This document shows, in pieces, positions 34,208 to 42,627 of a DNA stretch of 64,000 nucleotides (position 1 is its first letter; every line of letters begins with the position of its first letter). The DNA comes from Pseudomonadota bacterium (GTDB taxonomy: Bacteria > Desulfobacterota > Desulfobacteria > Desulfobacterales > Desulfolunaceae), in assembly GCA_018818835.1 (NCBI GenBank), contig JAHIRD010000141.1:4608-68607 (forward strand), written 5' to 3'. The notes under the pieces are model-generated. The model was not told the DNA's origin and did not search any database. It was given only the letters and a program-made list of their open reading frames with translations. The translations under genes and the position numbers were made by a program.

Positions 34208-37200
34208 TTATAGTGGTTTATGAATTTCCCGGTGCTTCACGATAAAGTAAATGGCCGGGATAATGACCAGTGTTAAAATGGTGGAGGAAATCAGTCCCCC
34301 CACCATGGGTGCTGCAATCCGTTTCATGATTTCCGAACCTGTTTCGCTTCCCCACATGACGGGCAGAAGACCGATGAGGGTGGTTGAAACGGTCATCAGT
34401 TTGGGCCGGACCCGATCCACGGCTCCTTCCATGATGCCCTGGTGCAGGTCCTTATCGTTTGTCATGGTGCCTTCGGCTTTTTTCCGGTCAAAGACATCGT
34501 CCAGATAAACCAGCATGACCACGCCGGTTTCCGATGCCAGGCCGGCCAGGGCGATGAACCCCACCACCACGGCCACGGATATATGGTAATCCAAAAGATA
34601 GATCAGCCAGATTCCCCCCACCAGGGCAAAGGGCAGGCTGGCCATGACAATGACGGCCTCGGTGATGTTTTGAAAGTGAAGGTATAAAAGGATAAAAATA
34701 ATCACCAGGGTGGCCGGAACGATCAGGTTCAGGGTTTTTCTGGCTTTTTCCATGTATTCGAACTGGCCGGACCAGACCATGGAATAGCCGGGGGGCAAGG
34801 GAACTTTTTGATCGATCAGGACTTTGGCCTTGTGCACATAGGACCCCAGGTCCACGCCTTTGATATCCACATAGACCCAGGCTGTTCTCCTGGCGTTTTC
34901 ACTTTTGATTCCGGCAGGCCCTTTGTGGATGGACAGATCCGCCAGTTGGGCCAGGGGAATCTGGGCTCCTGTGGGGCTTAAGACCAGGACCCGTTTCAGG
35001 GCATCGAGATTGTCCCTGAGTTCCCGGTTGTAGCGGAGGCTCACCGGATAACGTTCCAGGCCTTCCACGGTGTAGGTCACATTGGTCCCTCCAATGGCGG
35101 TCATGATCACCTCTTCCACATCGGCAATGGTCAGGCCATATCGGGCAATGGCCTCCCTTTGGATGGTGAAATCCAGATAATTGCCGCCGGTGATCCGTTC
35201 GGAAAAGGCGGAAAGGGTTCCGGGCACAGCCTTGATTTCAGCCTCGACTTTTTCACCCAGGCGGGTGAGCACATCAAGATCAGGTCCCATGATTTTGATG
35301 CCCACCGGGGTTTTGATGCCGGTGGCCAGCATGTCGATGCGGGTCTTGATGGGCATGGTCCAGGCATTGGTGACACCGGGAAACATGATGGCGCTGTTCA
35401 GATCATCAATCAGTTCGCCTATGGTGATGTGCCGCTCAAGGGGAAGCACGAGGGACAGGGGTTTTTTAAGAAAACCGGGCCAGGTTTCAAAAAATCGGGG
35501 AATGGCTTTTTTTCGCCATTCATGAACAATCCGACCTTTTTTCATCTCGGGGAAAACAAGAGAAAGGGGCGCTTTGAGCCAGTCCGGCCAGCTGGGAAAA
35601 AACCGTTTAACCGGAATCATTTCATACTCCACCTGGGGACGGAGCATGATGGTGGTCTCGATCATGGAAAGGGGCGCGGGGTCCGTGGGTGTTTCGGCCC
35701 GTCCTATTTTTCCCAGGGTATGGTGGACTTCGGGAAAGCTCTGGATGATTTTGTCGGTCTGCTGCAATAGTTCCCGTGCCTTGGTGATGGAAATCCCAGG
35801 CAGGGTGGTGGGCATATACAAAAGATCCCCTTCGTTCAAGGGAGGCATGAACTCACTGCCCAGTTTTGACAGGGGGAAAAGGCTCAGGACCATGAGGGCC
35901 AGGGCAACGGCCACGGTGGTTTTTCGAAAACGTAAGACCAGATGGATCACCGGGGTGTAGATACGGATAAAAAACCGGCTGATGGGGTTGGCAGATTCGT
36001 CCAGGATTTTCTGGTGCAGCATCAATGAAAAAATCATGATGGCTACCACAAGGGCAAGGATCAGGCTCCAGTCGGGCAGGGCCACTCCAAGAAAACCTAA
36101 CATCAGCACCAGAGCCACCGGCAGTGTTGAAAATAAAAACAGGTACCGCTTTTTTGCTTTTTGGCCCGGCAACTGTCCAAGGCCTTCTTCCCGGATAAAA
36201 AAGGTCATCAAAACCGGGATCACGGTGATGGCCAGCACAGAAGACGCGGCCATGGCAAAGGTCTTGGTAAAGGCCAGGGGCTTGAACAGACGGCCGGACT
36301 GTTCTTGGAGGGTGAATACGGGCAGAAAGGACACGGTGATGATCAACAAGCTGTAAAACAGGGCGGGCCCCACTTCCTTGGACGCCTTGATAATCAGGTC
36401 CGTATGATTCAGCTTATCGGGGTTGTTCTTGATGTGTTTGTGGGCGTTTTCAACCAGCACCACCGAGGCGTCCACCATGACCCCGATGGCAATGGCAATG
36501 CCACCCAGACTCATGATATTGGCGTTGATATTCATGGCATACATGATGATCAGCGAGATCAGGATACCCACGGGCAAGGTGAAAATCGCCACAAAGGCCG
36601 ACCTGAAATGGAGCAGGAAAAGAACGCAGATCAGGGCCACCACAGTCATTTCTTCCACGAGTTTGCTCGAAAGGGTGGAGACGGCCCTGTGGATCAGGTC
36701 CGAACGATCGTAGCCCATCTCAATGGTCACGCCATCTGGAAGCCCTTTTTCAAGGTCCTTTAATTTTGTTTTGACCCGGTCAATGGTTTTAAGGGCATTT
36801 TCCCCGAATCGCATCAGGACGATGCCGCCGACAATTTCCCCTTCCCCGTTCCATTCCAGGATGCCCCTCCGAAGCTCGGGGCCTGTATGGATGGATGCTA
36901 CATTTTTCAGTAAGATGGGCGTTCCTGCTTTATCGACTCCCAGGGCAATATTTTCAAGGTCATGAATGGATTTTATATAACCCAGGCCCCGGACCATGAA
37001 TTCGGTTTCGGCCATTTCCACCAGCTTGCCGCCCACATCGTTGTTGGACCGTTTGATGGCCTCTTTGACTTTGGGAATGGATAGATTATAGGCCCAGAGG
37101 CGGTTGGGGTCCACCTCCACCTGGTACTGTTTGACAAAGCCACCGATGCTGGCTACTTCGGACACACCGGGCACGGCTGTCAGTTCATAGCGAAGGTACC

Positions 37201-37684
37201 AGTCCTGGATGCTTCGCAGCTGCTGAAGATCATGCTTGCCCGACGAGTCTTTCAGAACATATTCATAAACCCAGCCCACACCGGTGGCATCGGGTCCCAA
37301 ACTTGGTGTGACGCCCTGGGGCAGCCGCTGTGAGACCCCGTTCAGATATTCAAGAACCCTGGACCGTGCCCAGTAAAGATCCGTGCCGTCTTCAAAAATG
37401 ATGTACACAAAGGACAGGCCGAAAAAGGAGTATCCACGAACCACCTTGGCATAGGGTACGCTGAGCATGGCTGTGGTCAGAGGGTAGGTGACCTGATCCT
37501 CCACAACCTGGGGGGCCTGACCCGGATAATCGGCGGAGATGATCACCTGGACATCGGACAGATCCGGGATGGCATCCAGGGGCATGTTTTTCATGGCGAT
37601 AAGACCGCCCGCCACGATGAACACCATGGCCACGATGACCAGGAATCTGTTTTTCACTGACCATTCAATGATATGTTCTATCAT
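34208..37684 (-). CDS. cusA: Cu(I)/Ag(I) RND efflux pump CusA (heavy-metal efflux family) with two insertions
   Basis: Full-length collinearity with CusA (MIEHIIEWSVKNRFLV..., GGIAIAIGVMVDASVVLVEN, AIPLAQLADL...). 1158 aa, against about 1047 aa in E. coli. Confidence 0.9.
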   Translation of the reverse strand: MIEHIIEWSVKNRFLVIVAMVFIVAGGLIAMKNMPLDAIPDLSDVQVIISADYPGQAPQVVEDQVTYPLTTAMLSVPYAKVVRGYSFFGLSFVYIIFEDGTDLYWARSRVLEYLNGVSQRLPQGVTPSLGPDATGVGWVYEYVLKDSSGKHDLQQLRSIQDWYLRYELTAVPGVSEVASIGGFVKQYQVEVDPNRLWAYNLSIPKVKEAIKRSNNDVGGKLVEMAETEFMVRGLGYIKSIHDLENIALGVDKAGTPILLKNVASIHTGPELRRGILEWNGEGEIVGGIVLMRFGENALKTIDRVKTKLKDLEKGLPDGVTIEMGYDRSDLIHRAVSTLSSKLVEEMTVVALICVLFLLHFRSAFVAIFTLPVGILISLIIMYAMNINANIMSLGGIAIAIGVMVDASVVLVENAHKHIKNNPDKLNHTDLIIKASKEVGPALFYSLLIITVSFLPVFTLQEQSGRLFKPLAFTKTFAMAASSVLAITVIPVLMTFFIREEGLGQLPGQKAKKRYLFLFSTLPVALVLMLGFLGVALPDWSLILALVVAIMIFSLMLHQKILDESANPISRFFIRIYTPVIHLVLRFRKTTVAVALALMVLSLFPLSKLGSEFMPPLNEGDLLYMPTTLPGISITKARELLQQTDKIIQSFPEVHHTLGKIGRAETPTDPAPLSMIETTIMLRPQVEYEMIPVKRFFPSWPDWLKAPLSLVFPEMKKGRIVHEWRKKAIPRFFETWPGFLKKPLSLVLPLERHITIGELIDDLNSAIMFPGVTNAWTMPIKTRIDMLATGIKTPVGIKIMGPDLDVLTRLGEKVEAEIKAVPGTLSAFSERITGGNYLDFTIQREAIARYGLTIADVEEVIMTAIGGTNVTYTVEGLERYPVSLRYNRELRDNLDALKRVLVLSPTGAQIPLAQLADLSIHKGPAGIKSENARRTAWVYVDIKGVDLGSYVHKAKVLIDQKVPLPPGYSMVWSGQFEYMEKARKTLNLIVPATLVIIFILLYLHFQNITEAVIVMASLPFALVGGIWLIYLLDYHISVAVVVGFIALAGLASETGVVMLVYLDDVFDRKKAEGTMTNDKDLHQGIMEGAVDRVRPKLMTVSTTLIGLLPVMWGSETGSEIMKRIAAPMVGGLISSTILTLVIIPAIYFIVKHREIHKPL

Positions 37685-37696
37685 AGTTTTGTCCTT

Positions 37697-39127
37697 TTAA
37701 TTCATATCCTTGAAAAAATCATCGGCTTCGGGTTCTGTTTTCACAGGCTCCGGCATTTTCTCAGGTTCGGTCATTTTCCGGAGGGATTCCTTGAGTTTGG
37801 ATTCCGAATCCAGAAGGAACTGTCCGGATACCACCACCCGGTCTCCGGGGACAATGCCGCTGATAATGTGAATGGTGCCATGGTCCATGGCAACTCCTGG
37901 CACGACGCGTCTTGGACTGAATTTACCATTACCCCTGTCAACGAAGACCAGGTTCGTCTCGCCCGAGCGCAGGACCGCTTCCTCGGGAATGATGGTTCCG
38001 GTCTCACCTTTCTGTGTGCGAATGCTCACATCCGTGAACATGTCGGGCTTTAACATCTGGTCGGCATTTTCGAATTCAAGGCGGACCACCACATCCCGGG
38101 TTTTTTGTTGAAGATAAGGATAGATATAGGTCACTTTTCCCCTAAAAATTTTACCGGGATGGTAAGGCAGGGTGATTTCGGCGTCTTGCCCCAGTTTGAC
38201 CAGATCAAGCTCGTATTCATAGATGTGGGCTTCCACCCAGATGTTGGACAGATCGGAAATGCTGTAAACCTTGGTGCCCGCATTGAAGTAACTCCCTTCC
38301 ACAAGGGGTTTGTCCATGACAATACCGTCAAGGGGCGAGTAGATGGTCAAGCTTGTCTTGGGGGAATTGCGTTTTTCCATATCCCTGATTTCATTGAGGG
38401 GAATGTCATAATTCAGGAGTCGTTGACGGATGGCGGAAAGCATGGACCCGGAGTTATGACTCCGGTACACGTTCAGGTATTCTTCCTGGGCTGAAATCAG
38501 CTCGGGGGAATAGACGGTGAACAGGGCCTGGCCCTTGGATACGCTCTGGCCCGTGACGTTGGCCATCAGTTTTTCAACCCAGCCGCTGAACCTGGGATTG
38601 ATCTGGGCGGTGCGCGTTTCGTCAACGGTCACATGGCCGTATGTTCGTATGGTATGGACCAGGGGGCCGCTTTGGGCGACTTCCACGCGGATACCCATGG
38701 ATTGCTGGGTCACGGGATCAATGCGGATATCAACACCCCCTTTGAGTTCATCCTCGTAAACAGGGACAAGATCCATGCCCATGGCACTTTTTCCGGGCTG
38801 TTTGTAGATTTCCCGGGGGTTCATGGGAGCTTTCCAGTACGCTATTTTTCGCTCACCTGTTGCCTCGGTGGGTGCGTCCTTTGTCTTGGGGACCAGGGTC
38901 ATGCCGCAAATGGGGCAGTTTCCCGGTTCTTTCTGGATGACAAAGGGATGCATGCTGCAGGTGTAAAGGGTTTCTGCCCCATGGTCATGATTGGTTTCCG
39001 TTTCCTGAACGCCCCTGCTTCCGGACATGGTGATGTAAAAAAAAGCGAAACACAGGGCAGAGGTGATCAGAGCCGTTACGAGTACGACCCGGGCCGGGAA
39101 TCCTTGCTTAGGGTTGAGGTTTGTCAT
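37697..39127 (-). CDS. cusB: Periplasmic adaptor (membrane fusion protein) CusB with an N-terminal Cys-rich metal-binding motif
   Basis: YTCSMHPFVIQKEPGNCPICGMTLV (heavy-metal-binding domain) followed by barrel-sandwich/lipoyl HlyD-type regions. Overlaps cusC by 4 nt. Confidence 0.85.
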   Translation of the reverse strand: MTNLNPKQGFPARVVLVTALITSALCFAFFYITMSGSRGVQETETNHDHGAETLYTCSMHPFVIQKEPGNCPICGMTLVPKTKDAPTEATGERKIAYWKAPMNPREIYKQPGKSAMGMDLVPVYEDELKGGVDIRIDPVTQQSMGIRVEVAQSGPLVHTIRTYGHVTVDETRTAQINPRFSGWVEKLMANVTGQSVSKGQALFTVYSPELISAQEEYLNVYRSHNSGSMLSAIRQRLLNYDIPLNEIRDMEKRNSPKTSLTIYSPLDGIVMDKPLVEGSYFNAGTKVYSISDLSNIWVEAHIYEYELDLVKLGQDAEITLPYHPGKIFRGKVTYIYPYLQQKTRDVVVRLEFENADQMLKPDMFTDVSIRTQKGETGTIIPEEAVLRSGETNLVFVDRGNGKFSPRRVVPGVAMDHGTIHIISGIVPGDRVVVSGQFLLDSESKLKESLRKMTEPEKMPEPVKTEPEADDFFKDMN

Positions 39128-40437
39128 GGCATGGTCCTCGTCAAGGTGTTGGGGGTTAACGGCAGGCCCACAAGCTCATTGAGCTCCGCCCGCTTTTTTT
39201 TAATGAGAAAAAGGAAATTTGTTGCCTCAAGCTCCAGGGTCAATGCTTTGATTTGGGAAGAAATCAGGGTGCTGAATTCGCTTTTCCCCACCTCATAATC
39301 TGATTGAGCAGAACGGGCAATGTCCTTTGCTGTGGGTATCAGTTTGTTTGTGTAAAGGGTGTACCGCCTAATTGTTTCCCGGATATCGGTGGCCAGACGA
39401 TCCACATCGTGGGGGATTCGGCTCTGGAGGTTCCGAAGCTTTAGTGTTGCGGATTGCACAGCCGATTCCTGGGCCGCCAGATTTTTATCCTGCCTGCTAT
39501 GCTTCCACAAGGGAATGGACAGGCCTGCGGACAAGGACACGAAATCCGTTCGGGTTTTGCCCATGGGATCATCGTCCCTCTGGCCGTAGGTGAGCCTCAT
39601 ATCCACATCCGGATAATAGTCCTTCTGGGCAAGCATCCGCTGGGCTTTGTTTTTTTCAATATCCAGCTTTAATACGGCAAGTTCCGGGTTGTTTTCAAGG
39701 GCCTGCTCCACAAGATCCGGGATGTGTGGCAGACTCTCTGAAACACCGGGTGTATCATTATGGGCCACCGGTAAGTAATTGCTCCGGTTCAAGAGGCCGT
39801 TGATGCGGTCTTCGATCTGACGGTATGCGTTTTCAAGCATAATCCGTTCATCCTCACGCTTGTCCAGCTCCATGCGGGCCATCAGGATGTCCTGGCGGTT
39901 TCCTTTTCCCGAGGTGTATCGGGTTTCTGCCACCTGGATCAGTTTTTGGACCAGCTCGTAGATGTTTCGGTTCAGGACAAGGCTTTGTCCAATAAAACCG
40001 AGATCATAGTAGTTTTCGGTAAGGGTTCGGATCATGGATAGTTTTTTGGATCGGAGTTGATGTTCGAGCTTTTTCGCATCAAAGTCAACCGATTGAGATT
40101 TCAGTGCCCGTTTTCCCGGCCAGGGAAATTTCTGGCCCACAAATATCTGCTTCTGAGTCATGGCTTCATCCCGGAAACTTAACGAATCAATGGGGACGTT
40201 TGACAGGGAAAATCCAATCTGGGGATCGGTCAAGGCACCTTCAAAAGAGGCCTTTGACCTGAGGCTGTCAATGGCCGACTCCATGGCCTTTATGTCCTGG
40301 TTTTTTTCAAAGGCTTCCTTGATAAGCAGAGAAAGGCCTGAACCACGCCCAGGGGTTTCCATGGCAAAGGACCCCATGGGTTGCGAAAGGGAGACAACCA
40401 GAGTGAAGGCAATAAAGAATGGGTAATAAATATTCAT
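39124..40437 (-). CDS. cusC: TolC-family outer-membrane factor CusC
   Basis: Signal peptide, then two tandem alpha-helical/coiled repeats typical of the OEP family. First gene of a three-gene RND operon. Confidence 0.8.
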   Translation of the reverse strand: MNIYYPFFIAFTLVVSLSQPMGSFAMETPGRGSGLSLLIKEAFEKNQDIKAMESAIDSLRSKASFEGALTDPQIGFSLSNVPIDSLSFRDEAMTQKQIFVGQKFPWPGKRALKSQSVDFDAKKLEHQLRSKKLSMIRTLTENYYDLGFIGQSLVLNRNIYELVQKLIQVAETRYTSGKGNRQDILMARMELDKREDERIMLENAYRQIEDRINGLLNRSNYLPVAHNDTPGVSESLPHIPDLVEQALENNPELAVLKLDIEKNKAQRMLAQKDYYPDVDMRLTYGQRDDDPMGKTRTDFVSLSAGLSIPLWKHSRQDKNLAAQESAVQSATLKLRNLQSRIPHDVDRLATDIRETIRRYTLYTNKLIPTAKDIARSAQSDYEVGKSEFSTLISSQIKALTLELEATNFLFLIKKKRAELNELVGLPLTPNTLTRTMP

Positions 40438-40526
40438 AGCGATTCCTCGATAATGTCTTGATGCCGTGAACCATCTTTAATCTTTTTATGAGTTCAACAG
40501 GGTGTAATGGCCCTTGGATACAGGAT

Positions 40527-40542
40527 AGCAGGGATCATGCCA
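40527..40542 (-). promoter_or_regulatory. Candidate sigma-54 promoter of the cus operon
   Basis: Minus sense TGGCATGATCCCTGCT has GG-N10-GC spacing and lies about 90 nt upstream of ATG 40437. Confidence 0.35.
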
Positions 40543-40889
40543 TAAAAGGCTGCCGGTATGTTCGCGTGTGATTCCAGATGATTAAAGAATAAGACTGGGC
40601 TTGTCTTTGGGCGGCACTGTGTGTATAGTAAAGAATAATCAACAGTGGCTTTAAAGAATAATCTTCATATCAGAAAAAATCAATGAAAATAAAAATGTTT
40701 CAATTTTATATCTTCTCATGTATTTTATAGGTGAGATTAATCGCCATTCCCGTTGATACCTAACGCAGTAAGCGAAAATAATGATCAGTTTCAATTACAT
40801 CTAAAGGTAATGAAAGATAAGCGGGCTTTTCTTTTTATACGTTTCTTTCCATGAATGAACATTGAATGGAGGCATCATGAAGGAGAACC

Positions 40890-41639
40890 ATGGAGTTTGA
40901 CGACTTGTTTGGTCTTGAGGAGAAAATCATTCGTCATGGGGAAAAAATCATGAGCTTGGACTCACCCCAAGGGACCATGTGGAAGGATGAGTATGCAACA
41001 CTCCTGAAACACTATGAAAAAATGTATAAGCAGTTGACCCGATTGATCAAGATTAACGACAGGCAGCAGAGTAAACTTTCCCAGGCCAACACCATCCTTG
41101 AAAAACACTCCAAATACGATGAGCTGACCGGGATATGCAACCGGCGAATGTTCAATGAGATGTACGAACGTGAGTGGCGTCGATGTATCCGTTATAAACA
41201 AACCATGTCAATTCTGATATTTGATATCGATCATTTCAAGCAGGTTAATGATGAATACGGTCACCAGGCAGGGGATGAGATTCTGAAAATAACGGCCAAA
41301 AAAATTGATAAGGTGGCGCGACGTGTCGGGGATCTGGCCGCGCGATATGGCGGAGAAGAGTTTATCCTTCTTCTCCCGGACACTGAGAAAATGGGTGCCT
41401 TTAAGATGGCCGAAGAGATCCGCAAGGATATTTCGAAAATACGGTTCCCCTATGAGGACAAGACCATTGGCATTACCATCAGTGCCGGGCTTGCCTTCAT
41501 GGTTCCTGATATGGGCAATGATCCTGAAAAATTGATCCGGAGATCTGACGATGCCTTGTACATGGCCAAACGGACGGGTCGAAATCGCGTGTGTATCTTT
41601 GAGGACATTCGGATGGAGGGGGCGGATCATGCTGGATAA
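40890..41639 (+). CDS. Diguanylate cyclase (GGDEF) with an N-terminal helical module and intact I-site
   Basis: DIDHFKQVNDEYGHQAGDEIL, and RVGD-LAARY-GGEEF (RxxD I-site five residues before GGEEF). No TM segment and no sensor domain other than an N-terminal module of about 75 aa. Confidence 0.9.
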   Translation: MEFDDLFGLEEKIIRHGEKIMSLDSPQGTMWKDEYATLLKHYEKMYKQLTRLIKINDRQQSKLSQANTILEKHSKYDELTGICNRRMFNEMYEREWRRCIRYKQTMSILIFDIDHFKQVNDEYGHQAGDEILKITAKKIDKVARRVGDLAARYGGEEFILLLPDTEKMGAFKMAEEIRKDISKIRFPYEDKTIGITISAGLAFMVPDMGNDPEKLIRRSDDALYMAKRTGRNRVCIFEDIRMEGADHAG

Positions 41640-42189
41640 ACTCTATGGTATGGTGGAATATTTCAAAGACCATGAGCTGGTTTTCTGGTATAATGGACCC
41701 GTATCCCAGGTTCTTGTGGTGGAGATAGGAGACATCATCAAGAAAAGCATTGATACGTCATCGGATAAAAAGGTCATCACCAGGATATTCGGCATCCTGG
41801 TGGAACAGATGCAGAACATTATTAAATATTCAGTTCAAAAAACACCACGTATGGACAAAGTAAACCGTTTTTTCATGAGTTCCGGCCTGATTGCCGTAGG
41901 CATTGAAAATGAATTCTATTCGGTGGTCAGTGGAAATCCAGTCAAAAACAAGGATATTAAACGCATTAGTGAGCGTTTGGACAGAATTATCGCCATGGAC
42001 CGGGAGGGCCTGAAAGACTATTACAAAACCATGAGGAGACAGGAGCCAGACGAACAAAGCCTTGGAGCAGGTCTGGGTTTTATCGAGATGGCAAAAAAAG
42101 CCAGCATGCCCCTGGAATACAGATTTACAGCCATTGATGAGAATCATAGTTTTTTTTCCATGAAAGCGCTTGTTAAGATGGAGCCATGA
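41629..42189 (+). CDS. SiaB-like (GHKL-type) partner-switch protein kinase
   Basis: ATG at 41629 after GGAGGGGG, overlapping the GGDEF stop. LVFWYNGPVSQVLVVEIGDIIKK and GAGLGFIEMAKKASMPLEYRF resemble the SiaB family blocks F-x-GP-x-S and GAGLGL...P-L-x-Y-x-F (from memory). Confidence 0.6.
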   Translation: MLDKLYGMVEYFKDHELVFWYNGPVSQVLVVEIGDIIKKSIDTSSDKKVITRIFGILVEQMQNIIKYSVQKTPRMDKVNRFFMSSGLIAVGIENEFYSVVSGNPVKNKDIKRISERLDRIIAMDREGLKDYYKTMRRQEPDEQSLGAGLGFIEMAKKASMPLEYRFTAIDENHSFFSMKALVKMEP

Positions 42190-42569
42190 TGGATGATCTG
42201 ATCATAAACGCTACCCCGTTCACACCTGAAATCCGATTTTATTACTCGAAAGATTGCCTTGAAATCTCAGGGGAATCCTATCCCGAAAACACGTCGGAAT
42301 TTTACGGCCCGGTGTTTCGGAGTCTTTCCACCTACCTGGACGGTATCATTGACCGAACCGTGACCGTAATCGTGCGTATGAAATATTTTAACAGTAGCTC
42401 CTCTAAAATATTGATCAATCTGTTTGATCAGCTTGACGATGCCTGCGAAAAGGGAAATGATATCACCGTAAACTGGTTTTATAGAAACGGCGACGATGAT
42501 TCACGTGAATTTGGCGAAGAATTCTCAGAAGATCTTCAGTACCTGCATTTCAATATCGTGCCTGAATGA
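42186..42569 (+). CDS. SiaC-like DUF1987 protein (partner-switch component)
   Basis: ATGA overlap with the upstream gene. TPFTPEIRFYYSKDCLEISGESYPENTSEFYGPV...KYFNSSSSKILINLF...ITVNWFY matches the DUF1987 pattern tP.v.f......l.isG.S.PEn...FY.P...yfNTsSsK (from memory). Confidence 0.75.
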   Translation: MMDDLIINATPFTPEIRFYYSKDCLEISGESYPENTSEFYGPVFRSLSTYLDGIIDRTVTVIVRMKYFNSSSSKILINLFDQLDDACEKGNDITVNWFYRNGDDDSREFGEEFSEDLQYLHFNIVPE

Positions 42570-42627
42570 GAGGGGTTAAGAATACACAGGGGGTTAAGAT
42601 CTCCTGAATGTATCCTTATGAAAAAAT

